Shown: one piece after another, positions 31,766 through 46,350 of the stretch | Position numbering within the stretch: position 1 is the first letter of the stretch | How the letters are laid out: the number at the start of each line of letters is the position of its first letter | Source of the DNA: the human T2T-CHM13v2.0 reference genome, Homo sapiens | Length of the DNA: 64,000 bases | Assembly (NCBI RefSeq): GCF_009914755.1 | Contig: NC_060936.1 | Direction: 5' to 3' (one strand) | Program-made: the position numbers and the translations under genes | The notes under the pieces: model-generated | Seen by the model: only the letters and a program-made list of their open reading frames with translations | Database searches by the model: none | Told to the model about the DNA's origin: nothing

Positions 31766-32214
31766 CTAAATTCAATAAACAAGCAAGATGCAGCTACAAA
31801 CACACAGATTTGTAACCTCTGCTTGAATGAGAAGCCTGTGATCCCTATCATAGGACCTAAGTTTCATGCTCTCTGCATAAGTCAGCCCAGTCTGGAGAGC
31901 TGCACTCAATTTCTGGGGGCATATTTTAGGATGAATTAGAGATCATTTGAGTGACTGACCTGAACAATGATAGAGAAGACTTCAAGGGACATAATATAGT
32001 TAGCTTCAGATTTAAGGAAGACTGCCATGTAGAAGAGGAAAACAACATGATTATTTTTCTTCTTGAAGGAAGAATTAGGCTCTGTAGGCTGAATTTATAA
32101 GGAAGGAGGAGTTTAGGAACATTAAGCTGTTTTCTAACATTAGAATATGAGCTGCCTCCTAGGTTGAGAGCTCCCAGTCACTGGGGGTTGGAAGATGGGA
32201 GTGGGATTCTAGTA

Positions 32215-32279
32215 GAGGCTGGAGGAGAAGCAGTCCCAGGGAGGCTGGAGGAGAAGCAGTCCCAGGGAAGCTGGAGGAG
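32215..32279. repeat. 26-bp tandem repeat, 2.5 copies
   Basis: gaggctggaggagaagcagtcccagg x2 + gaagctggaggag. Confidence 0.93.
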
Positions 32280-32923
32280 GGCATCGCTGCTCTAAGTTAA
32301 AGATTGGCTTGGGTGACTTCTTAAGTCCCTCCTATTGTGAAGATTCTGTAATTGAACTGATGGAGTATTAGGCTTGGTTTATGTGGGAAAACTTTTGCTA
32401 GTGTTAATTTCAATTCTATGAAAGTGACGAGAAGTACTCCTTTTTTTTTTTTGTTTTTGTTTTTTTAAAATCTATATTTCTTGAACCCAAAGGTATCTGG
32501 GCATGTCCTGTGATAATGCTGAAGCGGTACTAGGCCAGGGCAAATTGTTCTGACCCTGCTCCCGCTTCTTCTGACTTATGCCCAGATCCGAGTGTAATCC
32601 TGTAAAATGAACATCAAGATGATATTGATAAATCACATCTATAACTTCCATCTCCAAAAGATCCATTCCAAGTCAAAAGGTGTTCTTCCAGGAATAACAG
32701 CCTGTTAATGGAAGTATATTGAGAAAGGTCCACAAAGGGAAACAAGTAGTCACCACACATTAAAGGGGAAGGTGAGGAGTTGGTGTGTTTTGCTAATTTT
32801 GGAAGGCAGCTATGCTAACCACCATAACACCAATGCCTTGGCAAATATGTTGCTAATTTATTATACATTTGGAAATTCAGTGTCTCTCTGATGAGAGTTT
32901 CTTATTTATAAGTGTGGAAATAC

Positions 32924-33237
32924 TTTTTTTCTTTTTCTTTCTTTTCTTTCCTTCCTTTTTTCTTTTTTTTTTTGAGACAGGGTCTTGCTCTGTCACCAGG
33001 TTGGAATGCACACTGCAACCTCCACCTCCCAAGCTCAAGTGATCCTCCAACCCCAGCCTCCTGAGTAGCTGGGATTACAAGTGCACACTACCATGGCCAG
33101 CTAATTTTTGTATTTTTATTACAGATGGGGTTTTGCCATGTTGCCCAGGCTAGTCTTGAACTCCTGGGCTCAAGCTATCTGCCTGTCTTGGCCTCCCAAA
33201 GTGCTCGGATTACAAGTGTGAGCCATCGCGCCCAGCC
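32924..33237 (-). mobile_element. AluJ-type
   Basis: Alu consensus with a small internal deletion. Confidence 0.92.
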
Positions 33238-33475
33238 ATAAGGACTTTTTCAAACATGTTTCTGTTTGATCATGTTCAACCTCTCCAATATAATAAAGAA
33301 GTTTATTATATTACTTCAGAGGTTTGGAACCTGAAGCTAGGAGAGAGTCCATGTCTTCTCGAAGATCACACAGAAAGATATGAACGAAAACTGAACTTCA
33401 TATTTCTGGCTCCTAGTGCAGATCTCTTTTCTTATTTCCTCATGGCTTAATTTTTGGTTAAAAGCAATGACTTCT

Positions 33476-33911
<436 letters not shown>

Positions 33912-36301
33912 TTATGACTCATCTGTAAAATAAAAGCATTGGCTATAACAACCTTGACATGGTCTGCTCTGAAACCACAAGTGTAAACACAAAGTACTGA
34001 ATGAATGCAGATAAAAAGGACCTTTAGGAAGGAGATAATTATCTAGTATAGGTTCAGCTTAAAATTAATGGGTTATCAGGCACTCTTCCCTTAAAACTTT
34101 TCCAAAAATGAATATCACAACTACTTTCCCCAGCCCAGCACTTAGCACCCACCCACAGTCCTCTCTCGTCCTATCATCCCAGTCTACTCCTTTTTATTCA
34201 CCCTCTGTTTGAAACTGGACTGTTTGTTCTTCTCTAAACAATTTGTGTATTTAAACCTCCACGCTTTGACTCCCACTATTCCTTCCACATTGAATCTCCT
34301 TCTGTCCCTATCTGGGTATTTCTAAATCCTTTCCTATGTTTTAATTCCTGTGTTTTAATACATCCTTTGAGAAGCCTTCTGAACCTTCACAGAATTTATT
34401 TTCCTTTATTCCTTATGTCCTTCAACATTTCTGCCTCTATTTTGCAGATGTGGCTTCTTTCTGTCTCCACATTGTAAGCTTCTTGAAGGCAGTGGCTCCA
34501 CCTTATTTATCTATCACCCAACAACACGTATTGCCAGATAAGGCAATAAAATGTGCTGAATATATTATAGAAAGATAATTATGAATATGACACAATAACA
34601 AGACACTATTTTTAATGAACAAATATCTGATAGATTTTTTTCCACTTTAAATGTGTCCAGAATCAGAATTCTATAGCAGAAAGTTAGAGATCATGTGGTT
34701 CAATTTCCTTCCTTTGAAGAAAACGAGGTCAGGAGAAGCTGACCACCTTACTATGGTCACACTGCTCTTCTATTTAGAATAAAAACAAAACCAGACCAGC
34801 ACTTTCCTAACCTTCCAACTCTCTCTCACCATAATGATCTGCCCTTTCTCTTTCCATATGGAACAATGGAATAAAACATATGAATCATAGGAACCCAACA
34901 ATGAATGAAACACATTATATCTGTTGACATAATAAACTTGCGTATCAGCTAAACCTAGCATTTCCCATTTCTCAATCCTAATTATTCTTTTACCGTGCTA
35001 TTTCCTGTCCACCTATTCGCTTTGGAAAAAAGGATGCCTAACAACAAGGAGGGTCACTGTGGTAATGACTGTCTTGAGACAGGCAGAATTCTGACTGGAC
35101 TGAGTTCAGCAGCCACCACGCAAGAGGCTGATTTGCATGTGGTTCTCTGATGTGCTTTGGGAGACGACACCTCCTCTCATCAAGCATTATCTGTCTGGCA
35201 TGCTTTTAACAGGACTGAAGTAAACATATATATTGGAGAAATATAGGAAAGGTGTGTTCTGAAAAACAAATATGTACACAGAGATGATGAAGCCATAACA
35301 CGAATGTGTTACATCCTTAGAGCATCTTGGCTCATTCCCGTATTTGTTCATAAACATTTCACAAGCACATCCTTTGTGCCAGGAACTTGCCATATTGTTT
35401 TGTAACCAATGACACATCTGTCTCCCCTGTTGGACTGTGAGTTCTTGCAGTCTAGTAAAGAGGGCAGGTAATTCGATAAAGGGTTAAAAGCCACTGTAAA
35501 TGTAGGATTAGAGGAATGTAGGCAGACGGTGATGGGGACGTGGACATGGGGCTGATGGAGCACCCAACTGCCCAGCTGTGGGCTGACAGGATAGTGTGGG
35601 TGGTTGAGGGTTGAGCTGGCTTTTGAAGTGTACAGAGAATTCGCCAGCCAGATAAGAGCGGAAAGCATCTGAGAGTGAAAAGATTATGCAAAGGCTCAGG
35701 CGTATAAAAGAACCATGTCACATTCAGGAACTCTGAGGAGTGAGGAGTAGCAAGAGAGCAGTGGGTACTTGGAGCAAATACGATTGGAGACAAGGCTGGT
35801 GAGGCAGGCGGGAGAAAGCAGGGCTCAGTGTGCCCTGTACTGGAATCTGCTCTTGCTCTGGTAAGTGAATGGGAACTATGGGAAAACCTTAATTTAGAAG
35901 GGACATGACTAGGTTTGATCTGTCACATACTCAGGACTACTACTTAGGACAACCTTATGGAGCTTTGCAGGTGAGGAAGATGAGGATTAGAGAATTGAAA
36001 TGCTGCTTACACAGTTAAAAAGTGGCAGAGCTGGAACTCAAATGCAGGGGCTCTTCCAAAGACCTCCGCAGTTACTATGGGTGCTGGGAGATTGGTGGGC
36101 CCTGGTCCAGACACAAATTTTTTATAGCTTCTTACTCTCTTTGAAATTTAGTAATGAGTTATCTTCACCCCTCCCCTTTCCATAAGTAAACAAACTAAAT
36201 CAGCTTCAGTTTTCCAACTCAAAAAGAAAATAGCCCTTAGGTGACTTTTGCTCGAGTTTCCTTGAGCCCAGGTAACCAAGGAGATGAGGAATCTCTTGAA
36301 T

Positions 36302-36607
<306 letters not shown>

Positions 36608-37543
36608 GCATCTCTTGATTCTTACAGGAACTGATAAATCCTGGTTTTCTGATCTTTCATGTTTCTCCCTTGTTCTTCTGAAATCTTGTTTCCTTTAGGT
36701 AGGCTTGTATGGTCTCTTTTTGAAGTAAGTATGACTAAAAAGTTTGTGTTTGTTTAATCTGGAGGTGCTGACCTTGCCTGGGAGGTAACAGTAACTGTCT
36801 GGTGAGTCCTGGGTAAAGGTAGCTTTACAGAGTTCCTGCCAAAAATGAGTGCTTTGTTTTAGGAAAAACATCTGTCTGACTTTTTTGATGTGAGGGAGGG
36901 GCTAAGAACCCTCTTGGGTGTAACAGTACGTCATAGTCTCCTTTTGGAAGTGGCAGGAGAGTTTTTTTTTCTACTGAGACCTAGGAGTGATACTTCAAAT
37001 ATGTGAGAACCAATAAGACCTCAGCATCAACAAAGCAGAACGAACACTGGCCCATGGAAAACCTAATTTACTGCCATATTGGTTAGGTATCAGCTCTTCC
37101 AACACCCAACAGAGAAGGTACATCCTCTGCAGAAGTAATAATGTTGGATGTCAGTAGCTCTATATCCAAGACGGTAGCCTAGGTTCCCTTTCTCTTGAGG
37201 ATGCTGATTGGGATGCTATATACTTCTGCTTGTACCTGCTTTCTGAAAACACAGTGCAGAACAAGAGCACTGCCAATTCCTAGGGCCGAAGGGCCTAGTG
37301 ACTGCAGTGATGTTTCCTGGAGCCAAAGCCAGACAGCTGCTCCTTTTCATTAGTCATCTCCATGGGGAAAAAAGGGTGTTCCCATTCATTCAGGGGTCTT
37401 TGCCTTCCAGAGTTCTGTCTGGAGCAAAGAGCGCTTCCATCTTTAGATGCCTTAGAAGGTAAATAAGTGAGTATAATTTCAGTTCACATTATAAGTAGAA
37501 GATATAACTTCATATTGTTTTTGGATCTCCCTAAACTCAGTCA

Positions 37544-38053
<510 letters not shown>

Positions 38054-38191
38054 TTACCCAGTAAAATGCACAGTACTCTTGTAACGTAGGTTATTAATCT
38101 ATGGAAGCTCGCATGCATCAGTTGCTCAGACAGCTGAGTGCTTAGTAATGTAGCATGTCCCTTCTAGCAAAACAGTGGTAATATATCTAAC

Positions 38192-38435
38192 CTGTAGGCA
38201 GTGTGTGGCTTCAGTGGTCCATCACAGAATTTTTGCTGAGTGGGATCGCATTTTCCACCTAGGCTCTCCATCTCTGCTCCAAGCTTAATGTTAAAACTCT
38301 TGGAGTTGCTGTTAGGATTTTCGGCACATTTGCTGGCAAAATAATTAGTCTGATACACCCGAATGGAGGCATTGTGCCTGTACTCCAGGTAGGAAGGGAG
38401 AGGGTGCTGCTGTTCTGGCTTCAGCTCATCACTGC
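38192..38435 (-). CDS. PTPRB: PTPRB exon 11/24, membrane-proximal module, GSDELKPEQQHP...PHTAY
   Basis: tccag|GCAG acceptor, CAG|gttaga donor, 244 nt, phase 1-2. Confidence 0.93.
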
Positions 38436-40574
38436 CTGGAGGAGAAAACCCACAGTTAAGGACTGCCTTTCTTGTGACTTAGGTGATTTCAGTGATTTTA
38501 AATTAGGTTTCTAAGGCTGCCTCCACATCCACTATCTCTGGCCATTTCCAAAGTACAGATTCTGCAATCTCAAAGAACGATGTGAAATTCTCCTAATAAA
38601 GTTAATTTTAATTCACTTTTTCCAAAATACATAAATAGTGTGTATATAAAATACACACACACACAGCATCATTTTCCTAGGAAATAAAATAAGGGTAGCT
38701 CATTGCATTAAATGAGAGCATGTCTCACAACTCCAGAGTGTTGGACAACTCCCATTGTGAGTGAACCCACTTGATAAACTATCTTGCCAATAACCATTGT
38801 AGTTGAGCTAATAAGGAAACCCCTATGACCTGGGAAATAGGAAAAAGATAAGAGAAATCATGTCCTAGGCCAGAGCAGTCATCCCACAAGGCGTGCTCCA
38901 CATGTCATGCCCAGTTTGATTATTGCTCTGCATGTGGATCTGTTATCTTGAGTACAGTTTAATCCCCATCCAAATTTGGCCCCTTACTCAGAGCACTTCC
39001 CAGAACTCTTCCCCTGTCCACCCAGCCTGCTGTGTGTTTTGGCACTGCAAACCAGTTTTGATGTTGGCTGGAGAAAAGCGTAAGTAGAAAGATAAATACT
39101 ATAGAGATCAGATACTATTTACAATGAGCTTCAAGAAGTGGTGCAGTGAGGGTTTATCATAGCATCCTGGATTCTTGTTTAATAAAATTTGCTCATAAGT
39201 GAGTCTTAGAAATATTTTGTTGGCAGTAGTTAAAAAGAAATGTTGTCTTTAGCATGAGTGTGTACACTATAAATGGCGTTTATATGAGATGGATTGTTAT
39301 CTTAGCTAACCTGGAAATCACAGCTCATCTCCATGGACATCAATAATGGGAAGGCTGTCTGGCTGGGGAACACAAGGCTACTTTCTGGGGTGTGACTTTT
39401 TTGGTTACTGTCTCATATTCATGTAGCAAAACACTGTCTTCATTGCAGTCTAATTAAGTCTAAAGTCTTTCCACAGTTCACTAATTTATCTTCAATTATG
39501 TGGTGTGAGGAAATCTGGGACACACCACTGACCCTTGAAATTATTTAATTAATTGTGCATAACCAGATTTAGTACAATTAAATAAACTGTGAAAGCACAT
39601 AGACTGTTAGATACTGTGAGCCTAAAATACCCATTGGCCTAGAAACTCCTCACAGTTTGTCAGGTTTCAAGTTTCCCCCTTACCCACAAATGGGTCAAAA
39701 TTATCAGGGATGCTTAAGAAACTCATGCAGCACCTTAAACAGTATAAAAATATATAAGAAAGGTAAACTATATTAATGTCATTCCAGGCACAAGCATCTC
39801 TTTTGGAGAAATAACACACAAGACCTCAATGGCGAATACATATATGGACAGGTGTGCCCCAAATACAACACTCTTACAGGTGGTTTGACAAATGCTGATA
39901 TAATAAGCTTGAAAGCTCATACTGAGTGGTTGTATGTGATGTTGTGATAACTATTCCCTAGACTTTGTTCTTATCTGTAGGAATTAGGTAGATATTGAAT
40001 AATTTAGGAAACTAGAGAATAAAACTATTCAAAATTCAGTGGAGAAGGGAAGAATGTTTTTCATGAACATCTTTTCCTTCTTTTAAGCTTTTGGTTATTT
40101 TTGTGACTTGGTGGGTGGTTTGCAAGCATGATCAGTTGAGGCATTTGAGACAGGGAGGGGTGAAGACAGTTGAGGCATATTAATGTTTAATGGTAGAACA
40201 AAAGAGTAGTGAACAAGACTGACCCAATAATGAAGAGGACTGAATAAGGCATTACATGCAATGCACTTCCAATAGTGCACAGCACGTAGTAAGGGCTCAA
40301 TAAATGATGGTTATTGTTATTATCGTTGTGGTTGCTATTATCATTACTCTTCTATTTAATAATTAAACCCAGAGGATAACAGGCTTTATTGCCCAAAGAG
40401 CCTTTGAGCAGCTTTTTCTTACATCTCCCTGTATCCAGCAGAGAGAGGGGTGAATGATACAAAAATTACATTTTCTACTTAAGTTTCTTAAACTTTGTCA
40501 CAGAAAGATCTCCCACATGACCTCTGAGGAAGCAATTCTGTGTCTCAGAGTGGAGTTAACTCATGATAACTTAC

Positions 40575-40724
40575 CATCAGCCTCTCTCACCACCACTGTG
40601 AAGTATTTCACAGCTCCATTGGTGTCGCTGAACCAGCTGCAGTTGACAGTAAAGTTGATGGAAGACTTGCTAATTAGCACATCCTTTTCATTCACACGAA
40701 TGTGTGGGGGTGGAGGAGGGGGGC
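40575..40724 (-). CDS. PTPRB: PTPRB exon 10/24, hexaproline linker plus start of membrane-proximal FN3-like module, RPPPPPPHIRVNEK...READ
   Basis: tccag|GCCC acceptor, ATG|gtaagt donor, 150 nt. Confidence 0.94.
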
Positions 40725-41284
40725 CTGGAAAAAGAGGTGGGGAAGGAACCAAGAGGGGTCACAACTCTGCTTTCACAGCATAAACAACAGTTAGTGAAAT
40801 GAAGGATTCTGCTCTCCTGCATCAGACTGTGTGTGTGTGAGCGTGTGCCTGTGTTTAATGCTGTAATCAAGAAACTCTCCCCCTCTCCTGAAGGAAAACA
40901 GGCAGAGGAAGTGATTTGCCAGTGGCACATTAAACATAATGAAAGAGGTAGCTCTTCAGCAGAATTTCCTGAAGTTGTAGCTTCAAATTGCTTAAGAGCT
41001 CCATTATAGCTCTAACTATATGAGGCAAAGTGATATATTTAAATACTAACTCATTCAGGTACTTTAAGACCATCTAACTTGTTTGCTGTCAGGGTACTTT
41101 ACCCAGAGAAATGTTTCCATTTCTGGAGACTTTTAGGTCCTCCTCTCCAGGTGGCAATCAGACAGGCTTATGCAAAAGTGAAGTGTATGCAAGTGAATAG
41201 CAGTGATGGATATGATAGAGAAAGGTGCACAGCCCCTTCACTCCAGTGACAGGAGGCTCTGTGCGCACCTCCAGGGACACTTAC

Positions 41285-41563
41285 GGTCTATCATTGTGAT
41301 AGTGCTGTCTTCAACCACCTCGCTGGTCATGCCGGCCGACTGCACTTTGATGGACACCAGGTACCTCTTATGGGGCACTAGCATCATGATGTTGAGCAGA
41401 GATTTTTCTTTCTCCAGCTTTCTGGAAAACTCAACTTCTTGGGTGTCCATTTTCCGGCATTCAATACTATAACCATCAAAGTCAGAATCAGGAGGGATCC
41501 AAGAACAGGCAATGGCCGTGGAGTTCTGAGGCCGGCAATGCAGGTTTTGTATCTTGTCAGGCT
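41285..41563 (-). CDS. PTPRB: PTPRB exon 9/24, FN3 repeat, KPDKIQNLHCRP...TMID
   Basis: tttag|AGCC acceptor, ACC|gtaagt donor, 279 nt. Confidence 0.94.
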
Positions 41564-41789
41564 CTAAAGGAAACAGAGGAGGCAACACTTTTCAGAACTC
41601 AGGGAGAATTTTTTTTTTTCAGCTCCTTTGGGTCCAACTAGCTCTGAGATCTAGGTATAGGAGGGACAGACAGGCAAATACAGAGTGTCGTGGCTCACCC
41701 TAGCAGAGACACATGAGCATAAATCTCCCAGGGAACCAAGGTTGGGGTAGGAAAAGCTGGAGGACAGGTGTGGACAAGTCTGAGTAACA

Positions 41790-42295
41790 GTTAAAGAATG
41801 CCTTGATGGGCTTATTAATAGTTAGACGTGGCTGAGGACAGTCTCTGAGCCTGAGGATATATCAATAGAGACCTTCCAAATGGAAAAAGCAAAGAAAACA
41901 AAGACTGAAAAGCAGAACAGAAGATCGAAGGACCATGGAACAACCACAAAAGGTGTATCCTACACAAAATGGGAATACCAGAAGAAGAAAGAAAGGAACA
42001 GAAGAAATATCTGAAACAAGAATGACTAAGAATTTCCCACAAATAAATGTTAGACACCAACCACAGATCCAGGAAGCTCAGAAAACACCAAGGAGGATAT
42101 ATGCCAAAAAAACTATGGCTAGGCATATCGTTTTCACACTACAGAAAATCAAAGATAAAGAAAAATTCCTGAAAGAAGCCAGAGGGGGAAAAACAACTTA
42201 CATATAGAGAAGCAAAGTTAAGAATTATGTCCTCCTCTGAAGCCATGCAAACAAAAAGAGAGTGGAGTGAACACTTCTTTCACGTGTTGAGAGAA
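41790..42295 (+). mobile_element. Old L1M ORF1 fragment (antisense to PTPRB)
   Basis: ORF 41935..42207 (ETRMTKNFPQ...QIQEAQKTPRRI...RHIVFTLQKIKDKEKFLKEAR) resembles the L1 ORF1p RRM region. Confidence 0.85.
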
Positions 42296-43034
42296 ACAAG
42301 TACCTACTATGTGCCAGGTGCTCTTCTGGGGATTATGAACAGTACAGAGGTAAATAAGACGTTAGCTCTAACCTCTACAAATGGAAATGAGTCCAAAATA
42401 GCCATAACACAAGGTAGAAAGGAAAACATACCAGAAGAAATGGTGAGAGAAGGTGCTATGTGGTGTGACACACAACTTTTAGCTGCTGGCTATTAGTGAT
42501 CAGCAGGAGTTAGTAAAAGCTGTAAGGCAGAGGTGACACTCTGCCAAGGTATCACGAAAGAGGCATTCTACGTAGAGAAAAACCAGAAACCCAGGTACCA
42601 AAGGAGGAGGTGCCGGAGTGGGATGGTAGAAAATTGAGAACTGCAAATCATTCATTATGGTTGAAGCATATTTGTGAGAAATTGAGTACTGGAATGATTT
42701 TACATGAAAATTATAAACTTCTATTCTATTTAAACTTCTGCTATTTTGGATTTTCTGTTACCCATAGCCTCACCCGATCCTAATAAATACAAGCCTCGAA
42801 GAAAACAAAACAAAACATAACAAAACAAAAACAAGTTCCACCATAATCATTCCTCATGAAACAGCACTGAGTCCCTCTTTCATGGCAGTTTTTGTCCTCT
42901 TGGGCACTCCCCCTTTTGGTAAATGCCTCCCTTAAATTCTAGCACCCGGGACTGAATACAACAGTCCAGTTGTGACTTATAAGCCTAGCCTCTAACAGAG
43001 TTGTATGAGCTCTTAAACTGAGCACCTGCGAGGC

Positions 43035-43640
43035 TGTTGGGAAAGCCAGTCTCATGTGCATAGTCTATCAACCCCCATTTGGCTGTGTAAGAAATGGCCC
43101 TTGAGCTTAAGATACTTTCTTACCAAGAGATGGAGAGCCTACACACCCTGTGCTGGGCTCATTGCCTTGTGTGGGAGTATCATTCCCTGTTGCAAGCTCA
43201 ATGTATGCTCTTTTGTTCTGCTTAAGCATGTGTGTCACATGGTAGATGGCGAACACCAATGCTATAGTTGTCCTCTGAGGAGACAGGACAGGGTCCTTCT
43301 ACTGTGGCCCGAGAGGGGTGCACTTAGCCAACTGCCCTCCATTGGCTGCTGGAAGAGACCACAGACAATGCGCCCTTCTGTTTTCTGTTGTCAGGGTTGA
43401 AGATAGCAAGTGCATCTCTGGGCAACTACTGCAGCTGGCTGTGGGGGACTGATGCATACTGTTGAGGCTGATCTTACTCTGTCTCCTCTCTATGTAAGTA
43501 AAGCTTTGTTCCATCCAGTGTTTGCATTGTGTTTCCCTGGCTACTCTAATACCAGATGCAATGGTCAGAAGTGTTTAGAGTTCTGCCCTGGGTTTGGTAA
43601 CCAGTGCAGGGTGTTCTGCTTAGCAGATTTCATGAACACA
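43035..43640 (+). mobile_element. Solo LTR-like element (probably ERVL class; family not identified)
   Basis: Starts TGTTGGGAAAG, GC-richer than flanks, AGTAAA poly(A)-like signal at 43497 followed by U5-like text; 3' end and TSD uncertain. Confidence 0.55.
43349..43436 (-). pseudogene. Decayed ~90-bp copy of PTPRB exon sequence 44845-44937
   Basis: Direct alignment about 85% identical incl. exact aagtgcatctctgggcaac; reads LQ*LPRDALAIFNPDNRK/EGRIVCGL vs exon LQWLPRDALTVFNPYNNRKSEGRIVYGL. Confidence 0.85.
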
Positions 43641-44757
43641 GCCCACAGTCAGCCACGGAAAACTCATCCTGAGCTCGCCATAAACTAAAACTCTTATTTC
43701 TTTTTCACATATTTCTCTTGACACACAAATAACTGCTCTTTGGATACAATGTGGCATAAAAGTTATACTTGTTATAGTATTAATGCTTATTAAAAAAATA
43801 AAACAACTACTTGCTTAAATTTCTAACTTTCAACTATGTATTTTATCAACAACCAATAACTATCTGATCTGATCCCAGAAGCTACTTATACTGGGTATTA
43901 TTGAAACACAAATATTTGGATTAAAGTCCCTACACTGAATACCTGTCTTTCTTTGAGGGTGATAGTATCTATCCCAAAATGCCTTTGGGAAGAAACTGGT
44001 ATATGCTTCGTCGTCGAAGTATTTTTATCTCAGGGACATACAGCAGTATATGCTAACTATGATCCCTCTGCTTCTAGTTTTGCCTCTTTCAATCTATTCT
44101 CTACACTGTACCCAGAGTAACTTTCTAAAGTGTAAATAATGATTATGATATCTCTGCTGAAATTGAGTGGCTCCAGTTGGTTCAAAATAAAGTTCAAAGT
44201 AGTTACCATGGAATACAAAATATTTTATTATCTGATTCCCTTAATCCTCACCTTTTATGCTATGGCCAAATAAACTTCTTTCTGTTCCCCTATTGGTAGA
44301 TCTTGTACTCTCCCTCCTCTCTCATCTTGGAATATTTTATTCTCTCTACCTGGAATATTCTCCACTTCTTCCCCTACCTCTACCTGGTAAATCTCTTGCT
44401 TTAGGTTTCTATTTGGATGTTTCCTTTTCCAAGAAGTTCTCTTGTATTGGGTCAGATTACCTAACAAGTGTCTCCATAGTACCATTTACTTCCCTCATCA
44501 CACCCAAAATATAATGTCTATTTACAAATAGTACGTCCTACCTAATTGTAAGCCCCATGAGGGCAGAGAGAGATTTATTGTCCCTTGTTGTTAATGTTGA
44601 ATGAACGAACAAATCTACAGAGACTTCTGCCTGAATTCAAATCCAGACCAATCCCATGTAAAAATATGGATTTAATCCAAGCCCTATTTGAGTAAGATGT
44701 TGAACATATACTTCCTCTACTCCATTTGAGAAATAAGAGTAGCAAAACATGTCATAC

Positions 44758-45039
44758 TTGTCCTCACAGATCCAAAAATTGGTTTGCTGTAAGTTTTCCA
44801 GGAATCACCACTGACAGTCTTGACGTTGAATTGATAGGATCTCCCTGGACGAAGACCATACACAATGCGTCCTTCTGATTTTCTGTTGTTGTAGGGGTTG
44901 AAGACAGTAAGTGCATCTCTGGGCAACCACTGCAGCTCAAAGTCGTTGTAGTCTGTCCAGTCTGGGGGCCCTTTCCACGTGATGGCCAAGGATGTGTTTG
45001 CAATGTCAGCAAATGACATAAGACTGGGAGGACTTGGAG
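44758..45039 (-). CDS. PTPRB: PTPRB exon 8/24, FN3 repeat, APSPPSLMSFADIAN...SVRT
   Basis: ttcag|CTCC acceptor, CAA|gtatga donor, 282 nt. Confidence 0.94.
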
Positions 45040-45234
45040 CTGAATGTAGGAGAAAGTGAAAAATCACATAATCACAGCTATGCCATAACATATACAAATA
45101 AGATAGCTGAGCAACATCAGACACACTTTTAATGTACTTTGTAGGAAGAGATAATATGATAATAATATAGTAGCAGGAGCTTTCATTAATAGTGTTTATT
45201 ATGTGTAAGGCACTGTCTTCGAGCATTTTATGTA

Positions 45235-45577
<343 letters not shown>

Positions 45578-46086
45578 TAGCCAGATCTTCCTTACCATGG
45601 TGCTGTGGAGCATGAGTGTGCCCTGAATGGGTTACAAGTGTGTGAAGATATTAATTCCATCAGATTTTGGGGTACAGGGCTGACGTCCACAGACAATTAT
45701 GTTCAGTTGCAGATAGCCTTGTTGATTAACTCCAGGGTGGCACACAGACCTCTGTGTGTGCCCATGACATAAAAACAGTTAGGAAGCACTGGTGATAGCC
45801 ACACAGTGATGATGTATATGATTATTCCCACTTTGCAGATAAGAAAACTGAGGCCTAGAGATGCTCAATGACTTGCCCAGATTCATAGAGCTAAGCTAAG
45901 GACATATTTCTTTTGGACCAAAGCCTTGTCCTTTATCTGTTGTCCCACAGTCCCTTCCCAAATTCAGGGGCTAGCTCAGGGTATATCATTATTGGCTTTA
46001 TCTCTTGTCATTAAAATCAGAATCAAAATGTGTCTCTGGAAGCTACTTCCCACCATCCCTTGGCCATTGGCACCTGGGCTTCTCAC

Positions 46087-46350
46087 CTGTTCTGCTCTCC
46101 GCTGTGACTTTATTGCTGAGATCTCCACTGTGAGTTACCACCCACAGCACGTACTTCCTTCCAGGAACAAGGCCTTGAAACCGCCACTCCGTCAGGTCCT
46201 TGTCTTTCCAGTTTTCCTTCTTTGTGCCATTGGGATTATAGAGAATCAGCTCATAAAAGTCAAAGTCCCCAGAGGCTGGACTCCAGTTGAACCAAAGGCT
46301 GTCTGTCGTGTTCCGATTGGACCCCCTGAGATGACTCACAGAGGCTGGGA
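46087..46350 (-). CDS. PTPRB: PTPRB exon 7/24, FN3 repeat, VPASVSHLRGSNRN...ESRT
   Basis: tttaag|TCCC acceptor, CAG|gtgaga donor, 264 nt. Confidence 0.94.

Noticed and set aside
32215-32279. Short direct repeats as a possible CRISPR-like array (also 15365-15408)
   Set aside because: Head-to-tail duplications with no spacers, in a mammalian intron.
40780-40930. ETS-like (AGAGGAAGTG) and FOX/SOX-like words suggesting an endothelial enhancer
   Set aside because: Short motifs are expected by chance; unsupportable without chromatin or conservation data.
41935-42207. ORF with nucleic-acid-binding-like sequence
   Set aside because: Decayed L1 ORF1 fragment with flanking frameshifts; not a gene.
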